In this document: piece after piece, positions 1 to 10,038 of the stretch
Layout: each line of letters opens with the position of its first letter
Position numbering within the stretch: the stretch's first letter is position 1
Made by a program: the position numbers and the translations under genes
Virus record (IMG/VR): IMGVR_UViG_3300035670_000071
Length of the DNA: 64,000 nt
Reading direction: 5' to 3' (one strand)
Source of the DNA: a virus
Lineage: Duplodnaviria > Heunggongvirae > Uroviricota > Caudoviricetes
Notes under the pieces: model-generated
Databases searched by the model: none
The model's input: only the letters and a program-made list of their open reading frames with translations
What the model was told of the DNA's origin: nothing

Positions 1-192
1 CTACGAGAACGTATCTATATCTTTGACGTGAAGTTCAATCAAATCGGCTACATAATCGAAGAACGTGAATGCGGAACAGAGGGTGGCGACAAAATGTATA
101 CAGCAAAAAGAAAAGACGGAAAGACAACGACAACAATGGAGGTTAATGCCCTGATTAAGCAGTTCAAATTGGAACAACAATAGGTAATACTG

Positions 193-1029
193 ATGGAAGA
201 AAGAACATTAATCGACAATCCGAAAGTCAGATGTTACCGCCAATACTTGCGAATGGTAATTCAGGGATATATGACAAGCTTGATTTGTAAATCAAGAGCA
301 GGGCTTGGCAAGACACAGACGACTATCCAGATGTTGAAAGAGGATAAGATAGAGTTTCATTACATAAATTCATATTCCACTCCGTTGGCATTATACAAGA
401 CCTTATATCAACACAATGGAAAAATCATAGTGCTTGATGATATGGAGATGATATTTGAGAATGATGTTTCGATAAGCATACTCAAGTCTGCGTTATGGGA
501 CGTGGACGGAGAACGTAAGGTTACCTATAACTCAACGACGACCAGACTTACAGAAGTCCCGTCGTCTTTCGTGTTTACAGGGAAGATTGTAATGCTCGTC
601 AATGAAATCAAGGCGAAGAAGTCGCCGTCATTTGATGCGTTGCTGTCAAGAACCTTGAATGTCGAAATATCCTATTCCTTTGAGGAAACAAAGGCAATGG
701 CATTTGACATAATTAATAAGCGTGTTACAGACACAGAGCAACGGGTTAGAGTTATGGATATAATCAACAGGTGCATTGCACCATTTCACGATTTCAATTT
801 TAGATTGCTTGACAGACTCATTCAGTTTGTCAGGTATGACCCAGTAGAAGCCGAGACATTATTTATGAACACTTTGAGTGTTGATGACGATAATAAGCTT
901 GTGTGGGCATTGCTCACGCAGGACATCACGATTGATGAACAGATTAGGCAGTTCACAGCCAAGACAGGAAAGTCGAGGACGACTTTCTATAAGATAAGGA
1001 AAAGGATTAAGGAGGAATACGGAGAATGA
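193..1029 (+). CDS. P-loop NTPase (Walker A GLGKTQTT, Walker B IIVLDDME); possible replication/packaging ATPase
   Basis: Walker A and B motifs read directly in the ORF translation. Confidence 0.55.
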   Translation: MEERTLIDNPKVRCYRQYLRMVIQGYMTSLICKSRAGLGKTQTTIQMLKEDKIEFHYINSYSTPLALYKTLYQHNGKIIVLDDMEMIFENDVSISILKSALWDVDGERKVTYNSTTTRLTEVPSSFVFTGKIVMLVNEIKAKKSPSFDALLSRTLNVEISYSFEETKAMAFDIINKRVTDTEQRVRVMDIINRCIAPFHDFNFRLLDRLIQFVRYDPVEAETLFMNTLSVDDDNKLVWALLTQDITIDEQIRQFTAKTGKSRTTFYKIRKRIKEEYGE

Positions 1030-1283
1030 AAATCAAAAAGACAATCACGCTGAATATCAAGAGGGAGGGGAAGAATATTATATGTTATGACCTTCCGACG
1101 TTAAGTTTGATAGTTGGCACTACATCAGTAAGTGGAAATTACAGGTTGTATGGTGTTGAAAAGAAAGACGACAATACGTTTGTGTTGTCTGTTGATACTC
1201 TTAAGAAAAGGATAGAGACTTTGAAGCGTCGACGTGATAAGCTCGACAGCTCTATCGAATTGATGGAACAGGTGACACAATGA
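1026..1283 (+). CDS. hypothetical protein
   Basis: ORF with an AGGAGG ribosome-binding site about 10 nt upstream; overlaps the previous stop. Confidence 0.35.
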   Translation: MKIKKTITLNIKREGKNIICYDLPTLSLIVGTTSVSGNYRLYGVEKKDDNTFVLSVDTLKKRIETLKRRRDKLDSSIELMEQVTQ

Positions 1284-1402
1284 CGAATGCGACGTGCTTT
1301 GATTGTGGCAAGAAATTCAATGTTGAAGAATGTGCCGACGAAGGATATGAAACAATCTGCACCTGTCCGCATTGTAAAGCGAAGAATTTTGTAGGTAAAT
1401 AA
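1280..1402 (+). CDS. zinc-ribbon miniprotein (CxxC...CxxC, 40 aa)
   Basis: Hand-translated small ORF MTNATCFDCGKKF...CTCPHCKAKNF; ATGA overlap with the upstream stop. Confidence 0.35.
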   Translation: MTNATCFDCGKKFNVEECADEGYETICTCPHCKAKNFVGK

Positions 1403-1403
1403 A

Positions 1404-1664
1404 ATGGCAGAAATTAATGTATGGACAATAGTATTGATTGCTTTTTTCACAGGACTTGGTAGCGGTATAGGAAACCCTATCGGGCAACACCTATACGAGA
1501 AATATATTAAGTCAAAGTTAGTCAAGACGACAGAAAAGTTAGATGATGTTCCAGAAAAACTCAAAGAAGAACTTGCACGTTCTATTGAGAATACAAAACA
1601 CATTGAAGAAAAAATACTTGGAAAACAAGTTGATAATTATATGAGGAATGAATATGGTAAATAA
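1404..1664 (+). CDS. hypothetical small membrane protein
   Basis: N-terminal hydrophobic segment. Confidence 0.35.
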   Translation: MAEINVWTIVLIAFFTGLGSGIGNPIGQHLYEKYIKSKLVKTTEKLDDVPEKLKEELARSIENTKHIEEKILGKQVDNYMRNEYGK

Positions 1665-1862
1665 AATTAATAAAGAGATGATGGACAGAGAAGTAAAAAG
1701 ATTAGTAAACGAGGTTATCGGAAAAGATGCAATACACAAAATTGCAAGTCAGCTTGTCGATAGAGAACCTGCCTCTTTACAGGGTGAACAACATTTGTTT
1801 GCTATCGGGAGGGTATCTGGACGTAAAGAACAAACGAATAGTTTTGTTGGAGATAGAGGTGT

Positions 1863-2105
1863 TTGATTATGGCAGAAGAACCAGAAACTCTACTCCTAAA
1901 ATTGAAGAATGATAAAGTTTGGGACGAACCGCATTGGCAAATTATTGCACACGAAAAGGATTGCCCAGAAGATTGTCACGAAAAAGATGACCCATTCGAT
2001 TGCGAGATATATTTTTATGTCGAAGATGATGTTGATTTCAGCAAGATAAAGGTAGGCGACAAGATTACACTTGATGAGGAATTTGAAGTAGTTGATAGAC
2101 AATGA
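1863..2105 (+). CDS. hypothetical acidic protein
   Basis: ORF co-oriented and abutting its neighbours. Confidence 0.3.
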   Translation: MIMAEEPETLLLKLKNDKVWDEPHWQIIAHEKDCPEDCHEKDDPFDCEIYFYVEDDVDFSKIKVGDKITLDEEFEVVDRQ

Positions 2106-2551
2106 GAAAGGGCACACATCACAACGCAAAGGCGAGGAAGCGTATTAGTAAAGGGACTCGTAAGGCATTGAAGAACCCTGAAGTAAGGGAACGTATCCTG
2201 AAAACAGCGTTCAAGAAAGGTGGTGTGGCTTGGAATAAAGATGTCAAAGGCATTCATCTTAGTCCGCAATCAGAGTTCAAAGAAGGTATAACCACAGGCA
2301 AGAAGCACCCGTCTTGGAAAGGCGGAGTTCAGAAGCCAGTAAAAGATTGTGCACATCTTTGGGCAGGAACAAACAAAAGATTAAGACGACCAAAAGTCAT
2401 ATATGAAGAACGTCACGGAAAGATACCAAAAGGATATGTAATATATCATATTGACGGAAACAATAACAATGATGATATAGATAATCTTGAAGCAATAACC
2501 CGTGCAGAATTACTTAAAAGAAATGCAGAGAAGCATAGAATGGAGAATTAA
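2102..2551 (+). CDS. HNH endonuclease
   Basis: HHIDGNNNNDDIDNL...H motif typical of HNH nucleases. Confidence 0.65.
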   Translation: MRKGTHHNAKARKRISKGTRKALKNPEVRERILKTAFKKGGVAWNKDVKGIHLSPQSEFKEGITTGKKHPSWKGGVQKPVKDCAHLWAGTNKRLRRPKVIYEERHGKIPKGYVIYHIDGNNNNDDIDNLEAITRAELLKRNAEKHRMEN

Positions 2552-2552
2552 A

Positions 2553-2876
2553 ATGGAATATATTTTACCTTTCAAGAAATGGTCTCAAGAGGATAAGAAG
2601 CGAGTAGCTGAATTAAAGAAGTTTGTCATAAGACCAGAGGAGTCATATCATATATCTTGGGCATTATTTAATGAAACACAAAGATTACGAAAGCAACTTG
2701 AAGAAATGGAATGTGAAAAATGTTGGAAAAAACATCACCCTTCAAATAGAGGAAATCAATATTCACGGGATAAGGCACGATTGAAAAAACATCTCAAAGA
2801 GATGGAACGTATCAATAAATTTTTCAGTCCTTATCACAATAGACTTGGGGTTGATTATGAACGAAGCTACAAATGA
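2553..2876 (+). CDS. hypothetical basic protein
   Basis: Internal ATG (MEYILPF) preceded by GGAGA; the upstream part of the track ORF overlaps the HNH gene. Confidence 0.3.
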   Translation: MEYILPFKKWSQEDKKRVAELKKFVIRPEESYHISWALFNETQRLRKQLEEMECEKCWKKHHPSNRGNQYSRDKARLKKHLKEMERINKFFSPYHNRLGVDYERSYK

Positions 2877-3285
2877 TGAAGCATACATAGAGTGGTATGA
2901 GGCACAACCAGAAGAATTTGTCCATAGAGTATGGTCTGAAGGGTATGCTGAAGGCAGAATGCAGGAGAAAAATGATATAGTTGATTTTCCAGATTTGATT
3001 GCTGAGAAACCAAGTTTCAAATTTATAGAGGACAAAGATGTTTAGTGAACGATTTATGGCAAGTATTGACATATTGAATGTATTGTTAAATATCACGTTC
3101 ATCACATATAATATAGTGCGTGGCACTTATGGAATGTTAATTTTTTGGATACCAAATTTTATCTTTGTGACATTCCTTATGATTAGGAGAGCACGACAGA
3201 AGGATATTGCAAAGGCAAGAACCATTGAAAAAGCGAGAAGTAAAGTCAAGTTTGATTTGGCTAATTAATACAGGAGCGGTATAAG

Positions 3286-3771
3286 ATGATGACTATTGAA
3301 GGTTTGGAACAAATAGCCAAAAGTATTATGGAACAAAAAGGGCATCATAGTCCTCAGATAATCTTTGTCACAAAGAAAGGAATTGAAATTGCGTTATTGT
3401 TATTTGACTCTCAAGAAGCAAAAGAAAGAATGCTTGATATTGTTCGACGGAAGGTATCAGTTGAACAGATAGATAGTTACTTTACAATTATGGAAGGTTG
3501 GATTGGAAACAACATCAATATCAGACCTTCTTGTGACTCGCAGCGACAGGAAGGCATTATTATATGTGAATACAGGAGAGATATGAATAACAAAACTCTC
3601 ATTCATAAATTCAAAAGAGAAAAAGGAAAAATCAAATGGACAGAAAGAGTAGTGTTAGGTAACGACCACGACTCAGCTTCGCCGTGGAATGTCTATCTTG
3701 AAGATTGTATGGAAGAAAAGATTGCTAAGGCAAGAATAAAGGCGTTCACAGATGGAAACACTAAGTCTTGA
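3286..3771 (+). CDS. hypothetical protein
   Basis: CAGGAG ribosome-binding site upstream; 161 aa. Confidence 0.4.
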   Translation: MMTIEGLEQIAKSIMEQKGHHSPQIIFVTKKGIEIALLLFDSQEAKERMLDIVRRKVSVEQIDSYFTIMEGWIGNNINIRPSCDSQRQEGIIICEYRRDMNNKTLIHKFKREKGKIKWTERVVLGNDHDSASPWNVYLEDCMEEKIAKARIKAFTDGNTKS

Positions 3772-4117
3772 ACAGGCAAAGGCACTCGGAAATCAGTTTG
3801 CTAAAGAACTTCAAGAGGAGTTCAAAGTAGAGCTTGATTGGTGGTTTGTCGGTTCAATACGAGAAGGAAAATATAACGCAGGAACATCAGATATTGATAT
3901 GGTCATTATTCCAAAGAAGGAAGGAATGTTCGGCTATGAAGCTATCAAGCGTATCCTCGCCAAAATGGAAGAGTATAAGAAATTTGGGACGGTCTTCAAG
4001 AAAGGAAGGGAGATAAGTCTTATTGATGTATTGATAATATTTGATTTAGAATTTGTAAATAAATTGAGGGAAATGAATGAACAAAGCCGAAACAGACTTC
4101 ATACACAAAGCGAATAA
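3752..4117 (+). CDS. minimal nucleotidyltransferase (Pol-beta superfamily, MNT-like)
   Basis: GSIREGKYNAGTSDIDMVII matches the hG[GS]x9-13Dh[DE]h nucleotidyltransferase signature. Confidence 0.65.
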   Translation: METLSLEQAKALGNQFAKELQEEFKVELDWWFVGSIREGKYNAGTSDIDMVIIPKKEGMFGYEAIKRILAKMEEYKKFGTVFKKGREISLIDVLIIFDLEFVNKLREMNEQSRNRLHTQSE

Positions 4118-4532
4118 CTTTGCGATTATGAAGCATTTAGGACAGAAGGACGACGAAGGTAAAGACTATTATCTTCATCATCTCGTTCCTGTTCAGGCAA
4201 TGATATTTATGCTCACGAAAGATGTGGAGGTCATTTCCGCAGCCGTGCTTCACGACGTTTTGGAGGACACCGAAACAACGTATGATGAGCTTGTGGAAAA
4301 CTTTGGAAAGCGTGTTGCTGATTTAGTTCACGAGGTTACTCACGAAGGAAAGAAGGATGAATATGGTTTTTATTTTCCTCGTCTACATTCCAAAGAAGCA
4401 ATATTAATAAAGCTGATTGATAGGGCAAACAATATCAGCAGGATGGATTCGTGGGATATTGCCCGTAGAGAACATTATCTAAAAAGAACGAAATTTTGGA
4501 AAGATGGAAAAGAAAGAAAGAACTTACGTTGA
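4077..4532 (+). CDS. small alarmone hydrolase (Mesh1/SpoT-type HD-domain (p)ppGpp/ppApp pyrophosphohydrolase)
   Basis: Motifs HHLVPV, AAVLHDVLEDTETTYDEL and LIKLIDRANN align with the Mesh1/SpoT hydrolase motifs HD...ED...KLADRLHN. Confidence 0.75.
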   Translation: MNKAETDFIHKANNFAIMKHLGQKDDEGKDYYLHHLVPVQAMIFMLTKDVEVISAAVLHDVLEDTETTYDELVENFGKRVADLVHEVTHEGKKDEYGFYFPRLHSKEAILIKLIDRANNISRMDSWDIARREHYLKRTKFWKDGKERKNLR

Positions 4533-4728
4533 TAGACGCAGGGTTAAACAAATCGAGGACGAAATAATGTGCGTTCTCGGAGAGAATGTTGGATTCAGAA
4601 GAACCATAGATATTTTGAAGAATGAAATTGAGATAAATAAAAATCGGGTAAAGAAGCTTCAAGACGAGAAAGATAAAGAACTTATCGGTGCATTGAGGGG
4701 TATTCCAGTAGGTAATAATAATGACTAA
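4504..4728 (+). CDS. hypothetical coiled-coil protein
   Basis: ORF in the gene run. Confidence 0.3.
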   Translation: MEKKERTYVDRRRVKQIEDEIMCVLGENVGFRRTIDILKNEIEINKNRVKKLQDEKDKELIGALRGIPVGNNND

Positions 4729-4960
4729 GAGTGAACAAAAAAGAAGTATAGATACTATCGTGTTGACGCTTTTACTTGCAGGAGTTTTGGCAGGTGGCGT
4801 TAAAATAAATGAGGAACTGAATAAAAATTCAAAACCAATAAGAGTGAAGTATGATGCGTTTGAATATAATGATACAACGTATGTTATCAAACATCTTAAC
4901 GATTCAACATTTGATATTTTGTTAAAGTATAAATCGGGGGATTATAATGGACACAAGTAA
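4721..4960 (+). CDS. hypothetical membrane protein
   Basis: One TM segment. Confidence 0.3.
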   Translation: MTKSEQKRSIDTIVLTLLLAGVLAGGVKINEELNKNSKPIRVKYDAFEYNDTTYVIKHLNDSTFDILLKYKSGDYNGHK

Positions 4961-5276
4961 ATTTGCATCAGTAATGTTATGGTTTTTTGTAATAATATTA
5001 ATCCTTTTGGTAGGATATATTACCATAGATTCAGTATTTGAGTCGTCAGTAGGTTCAAAATATACAGAAGGAAATTGGCTACTTTCCGAGCAGTATTATT
5101 GTGCAACTCAGGATATGACCGCAAAGGAATATGTATCACAGAGTTGCAGTCTGTTTGGTTGTGTAGATGTTGAAAAGACTAAATGTGTCGGAAACGGCAA
5201 TGAGAAACTTATTGATTATGATGATGAAATATTCTGTCAATACACACTAAAAGGAGATTATGGTTGGTGTGATTGA
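4947..5276 (+). CDS. hypothetical Cys-rich membrane-anchored protein
   Basis: N-terminal TM followed by a Cys-rich ectodomain. Confidence 0.3.
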   Translation: MDTSKFASVMLWFFVIILILLVGYITIDSVFESSVGSKYTEGNWLLSEQYYCATQDMTAKEYVSQSCSLFGCVDVEKTKCVGNGNEKLIDYDDEIFCQYTLKGDYGWCD

Positions 5277-5743
5277 TGAGGAATATAGACGATTGGTTAG
5301 ATAGCATATCTATTTGCAAGAGCTGTTATTGTATGACACATACAATCGACGGGAAATGCGGAAAGTGTGGTGCAGACAAAGATAAAGAATGAAAAATTTG
5401 GAGGGGTAAAATGAGTATAGACAAACAATACAACGATATATTAGATAGTCTTAAGATAAGACGTATCGACCCAGTGAATAAGAAACCAGATGTGACCGTA
5501 GTGCCAATGGCAATCCCAGTCAAGAAAGTTTCTAAGAAAAAGGTAAAGAAGAAAGTGGTGGCAAAGTGATTGAAAATATTGTCTTGAAAGCAGATGAATT
5601 TGATAAGTTAGAGTTCAAGAAAACAGGAACTTTTGCTGATACTATTATATATAGATTGCCTGATAAACCATCAGAGATGTATCTTTTGAAACAAGGACAT
5701 TGTGAAGGCACAGGTAGATATTATTCAGGTATGAAAATAACAT

Positions 5744-6028
5744 TTGAGAAAGGTGAACCATTTGAAACCAGAAATAGCTGAAGAACTATATAATGAAATA
5801 TTGACTGAATGGATTGCACGGCACGGAAAAGAAAAGCTTGACCCTGAGAAGTTAGAAGCAACAAGACAGACATTGCTTTCTCTTCCTGAAGATAAGGTAT
5901 ACAAAAGCGTAGTCAATATGTCAACAGGAAAGACACATTTAGTCCCTATCAAAGATATAATCCTTAATGGACTGCGTGGTTGGGAATTAGACAAATATCC
6001 TGTTATAGACGAGAAAAAATTAGAATGA
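5744..6028 (+). CDS. hypothetical protein
   Basis: ORF in the gene run. Confidence 0.3.
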   Translation: MRKVNHLKPEIAEELYNEILTEWIARHGKEKLDPEKLEATRQTLLSLPEDKVYKSVVNMSTGKTHLVPIKDIILNGLRGWELDKYPVIDEKKLE

Positions 6029-6077
6029 AAACATTTATATATAACTTGGTATAATCAGGTATGCATAGGTATAACAA

Positions 6078-6680
6078 ATGACAAAAATAAAAAAGGCAAT
6101 ATGCACGACACTTTGTTGCATAGTAATAAATTTTCCAATGGGTAATGGAGCTTTTGAAAATGAAGCACCGATATATTCATCTAATGGAATGGCTTCAATA
6201 ATGGTCGAGGAGACAAAACCTATTGAAGTAGCAATCATTGAAGTTCCACCACCAGTTCCATTGGATAAAGTAATCAAAGAAGAGCTTGGAAAGTTCAAGA
6301 CAAATCCAGTAATAAATTTTTCGTATGTAAAAAGGATAATCAAAATAGAAAGCTATTATGACAGCAGTCTCGTCGGTTCAAGCGGTGAGAGAGGACTTAT
6401 GCAGATAATGGAAGGAACTTGGTATAATTATACAAACATTCCATTTGATAACGCTTTCGAGAGAAGGCATAATATTCACGTCGGAATAAAGCATTTAAGA
6501 AACCTTTATTCAATGATGAGAAACGAATATCCACATTGGGATAGTTTAGGCGTTCAGGATAAGCAGGTAGCGATAGGAGTTGCATACAATGGAGGATTCA
6601 CAAGATTCAAGAATACGGATTTTGATATTGGTGAGATGCCTAAAAGGTCGCAGAAGTATGCCGAGAGAATAATGGAGTGA
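6078..6680 (+). CDS. lytic transglycosylase (SLT domain)
   Basis: Catalytic IESYYDSS, then GERGLMQIM and AYNGG, the three family-1 SLT motifs. Confidence 0.7.
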   Translation: MTKIKKAICTTLCCIVINFPMGNGAFENEAPIYSSNGMASIMVEETKPIEVAIIEVPPPVPLDKVIKEELGKFKTNPVINFSYVKRIIKIESYYDSSLVGSSGERGLMQIMEGTWYNYTNIPFDNAFERRHNIHVGIKHLRNLYSMMRNEYPHWDSLGVQDKQVAIGVAYNGGFTRFKNTDFDIGEMPKRSQKYAERIME

Positions 6681-7063
6681 AGTAGATGAAAAAAACACCT
6701 AAGAAAGATGTAGATAAAATAATCAGACTCAAACCTTATACCCATACACGACTAAAAGATTTGGGAGGAAAAGGCGAGAGTTTTGATGAAGTCATCAATA
6801 AATTGATAGACAATTATGAAAAGATGTTGTTAGGGGGTAAATAAAATGGAGAAGTTTTTGGCAACGAAAGTTGACGATAAAAGTATCGAGCTGAAGTCGT
6901 CAAACGAATTGGAAGAGTTATATAAATTGCTCGACAAAGATGAGAACTTTATCCTTCAATGGGTAGAGGGTAACGATTTGCGGTCAGAAGTTAAGGTCGC
7001 AACAAATATTTCAGGTAAGGTCAAGACAGGAGAAATTGTTTTGAAGAGTAGGGAGGCAAAAAA

Positions 7064-8401
7064 ATGATAGAATTAATTATAGGTGGAATAGCATTGTTTA
7101 TACTTTTTGTGTTCATAATTGCAGCGTTTTCGTGGTATAGAATAGTAGACCCAAGCGAAGCACATTTAGTTGTAACACCAAACAAGAAGTTTGTTGTATC
7201 GCCAGATGATGAAGTTGCAACAAACGGAGCAAAGACATATTTTGCGATTCCAAGTTGGCTACCTTTCTTTGGTAGGGCAATAAGGATTCTTGACGTGACA
7301 ATCAAGGAGATTGTTATTATGCAGGAGACTTATGAAAAGAGTCAAGCAAGATATAATGTAAAGTCAAGCACTAAATACAGAATTAAAGACGTAAGAACTG
7401 CGGCAGAGACTTTTGTTAGTAACGAAGAATTGCAAGAGCAACTTAAAGAAGTTGTTAGTGCATCAGTTAGAGCAGTTACTGTAAAGTATGATGTTGTAGA
7501 TGCAAGAGCAAACAAGCAGAAAATGAGTGAAGAAATTTACAAAGAAATGAATGATGACTTGCAGAAATGGGGTCTTGAACTTGTTAACTTCCAGTTAGTT
7601 GACTTCCAGGACACAAAGGATTCGTCCATCATTTCAGACATCTCAAAGAGACGTGAAGTTGAGATTCAATCAACCACAAGAGAGCAGAATGCAGAAAAGA
7701 TTAAACAAGCTCGTGTAAAAGAAGCTGAAGCTGAAGAGAATGCAAGAAAGAGAGAGATTGAAAAGGAAAAGGTAATTGGAGAGCAAGAACAACTTAAGAC
7801 TCAGAAGATTGCTGAAATGCAGAAAACAGCAGAAGAAAAGAGATACGAGGTTGTCAAAGTTCAGACAATCAAACAAGCTGAAATCACTAAGGAAAAAGCT
7901 ATTGTAGAAGCAAACCAAAAGAGAGACACAGAACGAATTTATATGGAGCAGAAAAAGCTTGAAGGTCAGGGAGACCGTGCAAGAGCAGAAGAACAAGCTA
8001 AAGGAGAAGCGGCTCCAATCAGGGAAAAAGGATTTGCGGAAGCAGAAGCAAAAGAGAAACTTCAAGCCGCACTTAACAAGTTCGGTGACGCTGCAATCAG
8101 AGCACTTGTCGCTGAAAAGGTTGTTGAGATGCAGAAGGTCGTTGGTGTAGAGACAGCTAAATCACTTGGACAAGCTGATGTGAAAGTATTCGCAGGTGGC
8201 GGAAAAGCAGGAGAAGAAGGCTTTGAACTCGGTAAGATGATACAGGCAATGTCTGTAGCTAACCCAAACACAGCAGATGCAGTGTTAAACAAGATTGCAA
8301 GACCAAATGATTTGGGATTGACAGCACTTGGATTGGAAGCAATGAAGGAGACCACTAAGAAGAAAGAGGATGCTCCTTTCAAGCAGAACCAAAAGAAGTA
8401 A
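7064..8401 (+). CDS. SPFH/band-7 flotillin-like protein
   Basis: N-terminal TM, PHB domain, long EA-rich coiled coil; GGGAGG ribosome-binding site. Confidence 0.7.
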   Translation: MIELIIGGIALFILFVFIIAAFSWYRIVDPSEAHLVVTPNKKFVVSPDDEVATNGAKTYFAIPSWLPFFGRAIRILDVTIKEIVIMQETYEKSQARYNVKSSTKYRIKDVRTAAETFVSNEELQEQLKEVVSASVRAVTVKYDVVDARANKQKMSEEIYKEMNDDLQKWGLELVNFQLVDFQDTKDSSIISDISKRREVEIQSTTREQNAEKIKQARVKEAEAEENARKREIEKEKVIGEQEQLKTQKIAEMQKTAEEKRYEVVKVQTIKQAEITKEKAIVEANQKRDTERIYMEQKKLEGQGDRARAEEQAKGEAAPIREKGFAEAEAKEKLQAALNKFGDAAIRALVAEKVVEMQKVVGVETAKSLGQADVKVFAGGGKAGEEGFELGKMIQAMSVANPNTADAVLNKIARPNDLGLTALGLEAMKETTKKKEDAPFKQNQKK

Positions 8402-8454
8402 TTTTGTTAACACAAAACTGAAGTAAATTTTTTATTTTTTTATTTATTTAGTTT

Positions 8455-9519
8455 GTGTTGGGGGAGAGTTTAATGAATAAGGACGACGAATACGCAAAGA
8501 AGCTAAAGGAAAGGCGTGAAGCCGAAGAGCGTAAGCTCGTAGAAAGGCGTAAAGCACGAAACCCTATCCTTAGCACCGCAAGAGAATTGCGAAGCACGAT
8601 GGTATATGATAATATCAAAATACCAGATAAACAAAAAGTTTCAGAAACGCAGATAATCAATCAAGAAGATGTTGATAGAGTAGTCGAAGAAAGTCCTATC
8701 CAGAAAGTTGTTATTGAAGAAGCACCAATAGATGAGTCAAAAGAAGATAAAATAGCAAGGATTCTCAAATCTCGAAAAGAGATATATGAGAAGCATAGGG
8801 AAGCTATTGACTTCAAGTATCAGGAAGGAAGAAAAAAGATTCAGACAGCTCTTGATGAAGCCTTGAAACAGGCAGAGACAGAGCATAAAGAAACATTAGA
8901 TTCCTTAAAGACAGATATGGACGAGTCTCTTGAAGATAATGAAGATGCAGAAGAACGAAGGGATATTCGTAACAATTACAAGGAAGAAGTCAAGTCAGAG
9001 AATGAAAACTATAATGACTCTGTAAAAGAAACACGGGACGAACATAAGACTTCATTTCAGGAACTCAAAGAGGAGTTTGAGACACAGCTCGATGAACTGA
9101 AAGAACAATATGATTCCGATGTTGCTGATATTGAGACAGAGGACTTCGATGATGAAGACCTTCAGCTTACAGCTAAGGAGTTTGAAGCTGAGACTATATC
9201 ATTTGATACACTTGACCAATATGATACAGATGATTCAGAAGATACAAGTTCCGATTCAGGAAGTTCATATGATGGTGGCGGTGGCGGTATCATCAAAGGA
9301 GCGTTTATGATTATCGGCGGTGTTATTGTAGCAACTGTCGGTTATCAGGTATTTTCAACAGTGATTGATGCTGTTGAGACATCACAGGTGAATGTCACAG
9401 GAACAGGGATGGAAACAATGCTTAATAATTCATCAACATTTTTATGGATTATTATGTTGATTCCTATGATATTTATATTATTCAGTGTGATGAAGGTATT
9501 TAGATTTGACCGATATTAA
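8455..9519 (+). CDS. acidic coiled-coil protein with C-terminal membrane anchor
   Basis: D/E-rich coiled coil, glycine run, then two C-terminal hydrophobic helices. Confidence 0.45.
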   Translation: MLGESLMNKDDEYAKKLKERREAEERKLVERRKARNPILSTARELRSTMVYDNIKIPDKQKVSETQIINQEDVDRVVEESPIQKVVIEEAPIDESKEDKIARILKSRKEIYEKHREAIDFKYQEGRKKIQTALDEALKQAETEHKETLDSLKTDMDESLEDNEDAEERRDIRNNYKEEVKSENENYNDSVKETRDEHKTSFQELKEEFETQLDELKEQYDSDVADIETEDFDDEDLQLTAKEFEAETISFDTLDQYDTDDSEDTSSDSGSSYDGGGGGIIKGAFMIIGGVIVATVGYQVFSTVIDAVETSQVNVTGTGMETMLNNSSTFLWIIMLIPMIFILFSVMKVFRFDRY

Positions 9520-9533
9520 TTGGGGGTAAGACA

Positions 9534-9893
9534 ATGAAGATTGAGGACGGAAAGAAGAAGTTCAGCTTTTCGGAAATTATGAAGAGGTTCGGTTTTCGAA
9601 ATGATGACAAAGGAACAGATGTCAAATCAAGTCAAAGAATGAATGCCAATGCTGAAGACTTAGCCAAAATGGGAGCTGAAGTTATGAGGCTTGAAGACAA
9701 AGTTGAAAGCATTGAGCGAAAAGTAAATAAAGAAACAGCACACAGATACAATAAGACAATATATAATGAGGATAATATATTGTATCCTAATGGAAAGTTG
9801 AAGCGTAAAAGCAAGATGGGACTTGCACCAGGATTCAAGCGACCAGAGAGTTGGGCGAAGACTGGACCAAAACCAAAGAAGGGCAAAAAATGA
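9534..9893 (+). CDS. hypothetical protein, basic C-terminus
   Basis: ORF following the flotillin gene. Confidence 0.35.
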   Translation: MKIEDGKKKFSFSEIMKRFGFRNDDKGTDVKSSQRMNANAEDLAKMGAEVMRLEDKVESIERKVNKETAHRYNKTIYNEDNILYPNGKLKRKSKMGLAPGFKRPESWAKTGPKPKKGKK

Positions 9894-10038
9894 TTAAGCA
9901 GATGAGCAAACAAACTAAAGTTGGTTTCTTAATTCTGGCTGTAGGAGTGGGAATGTTCTTTTTTGATGCGTCAAGAGGAGTAGCACCATTTCTCGTCGGA
10001 TTTAGTCTGCCTACAATCATAAGAGGGGTTCAGGAAAA

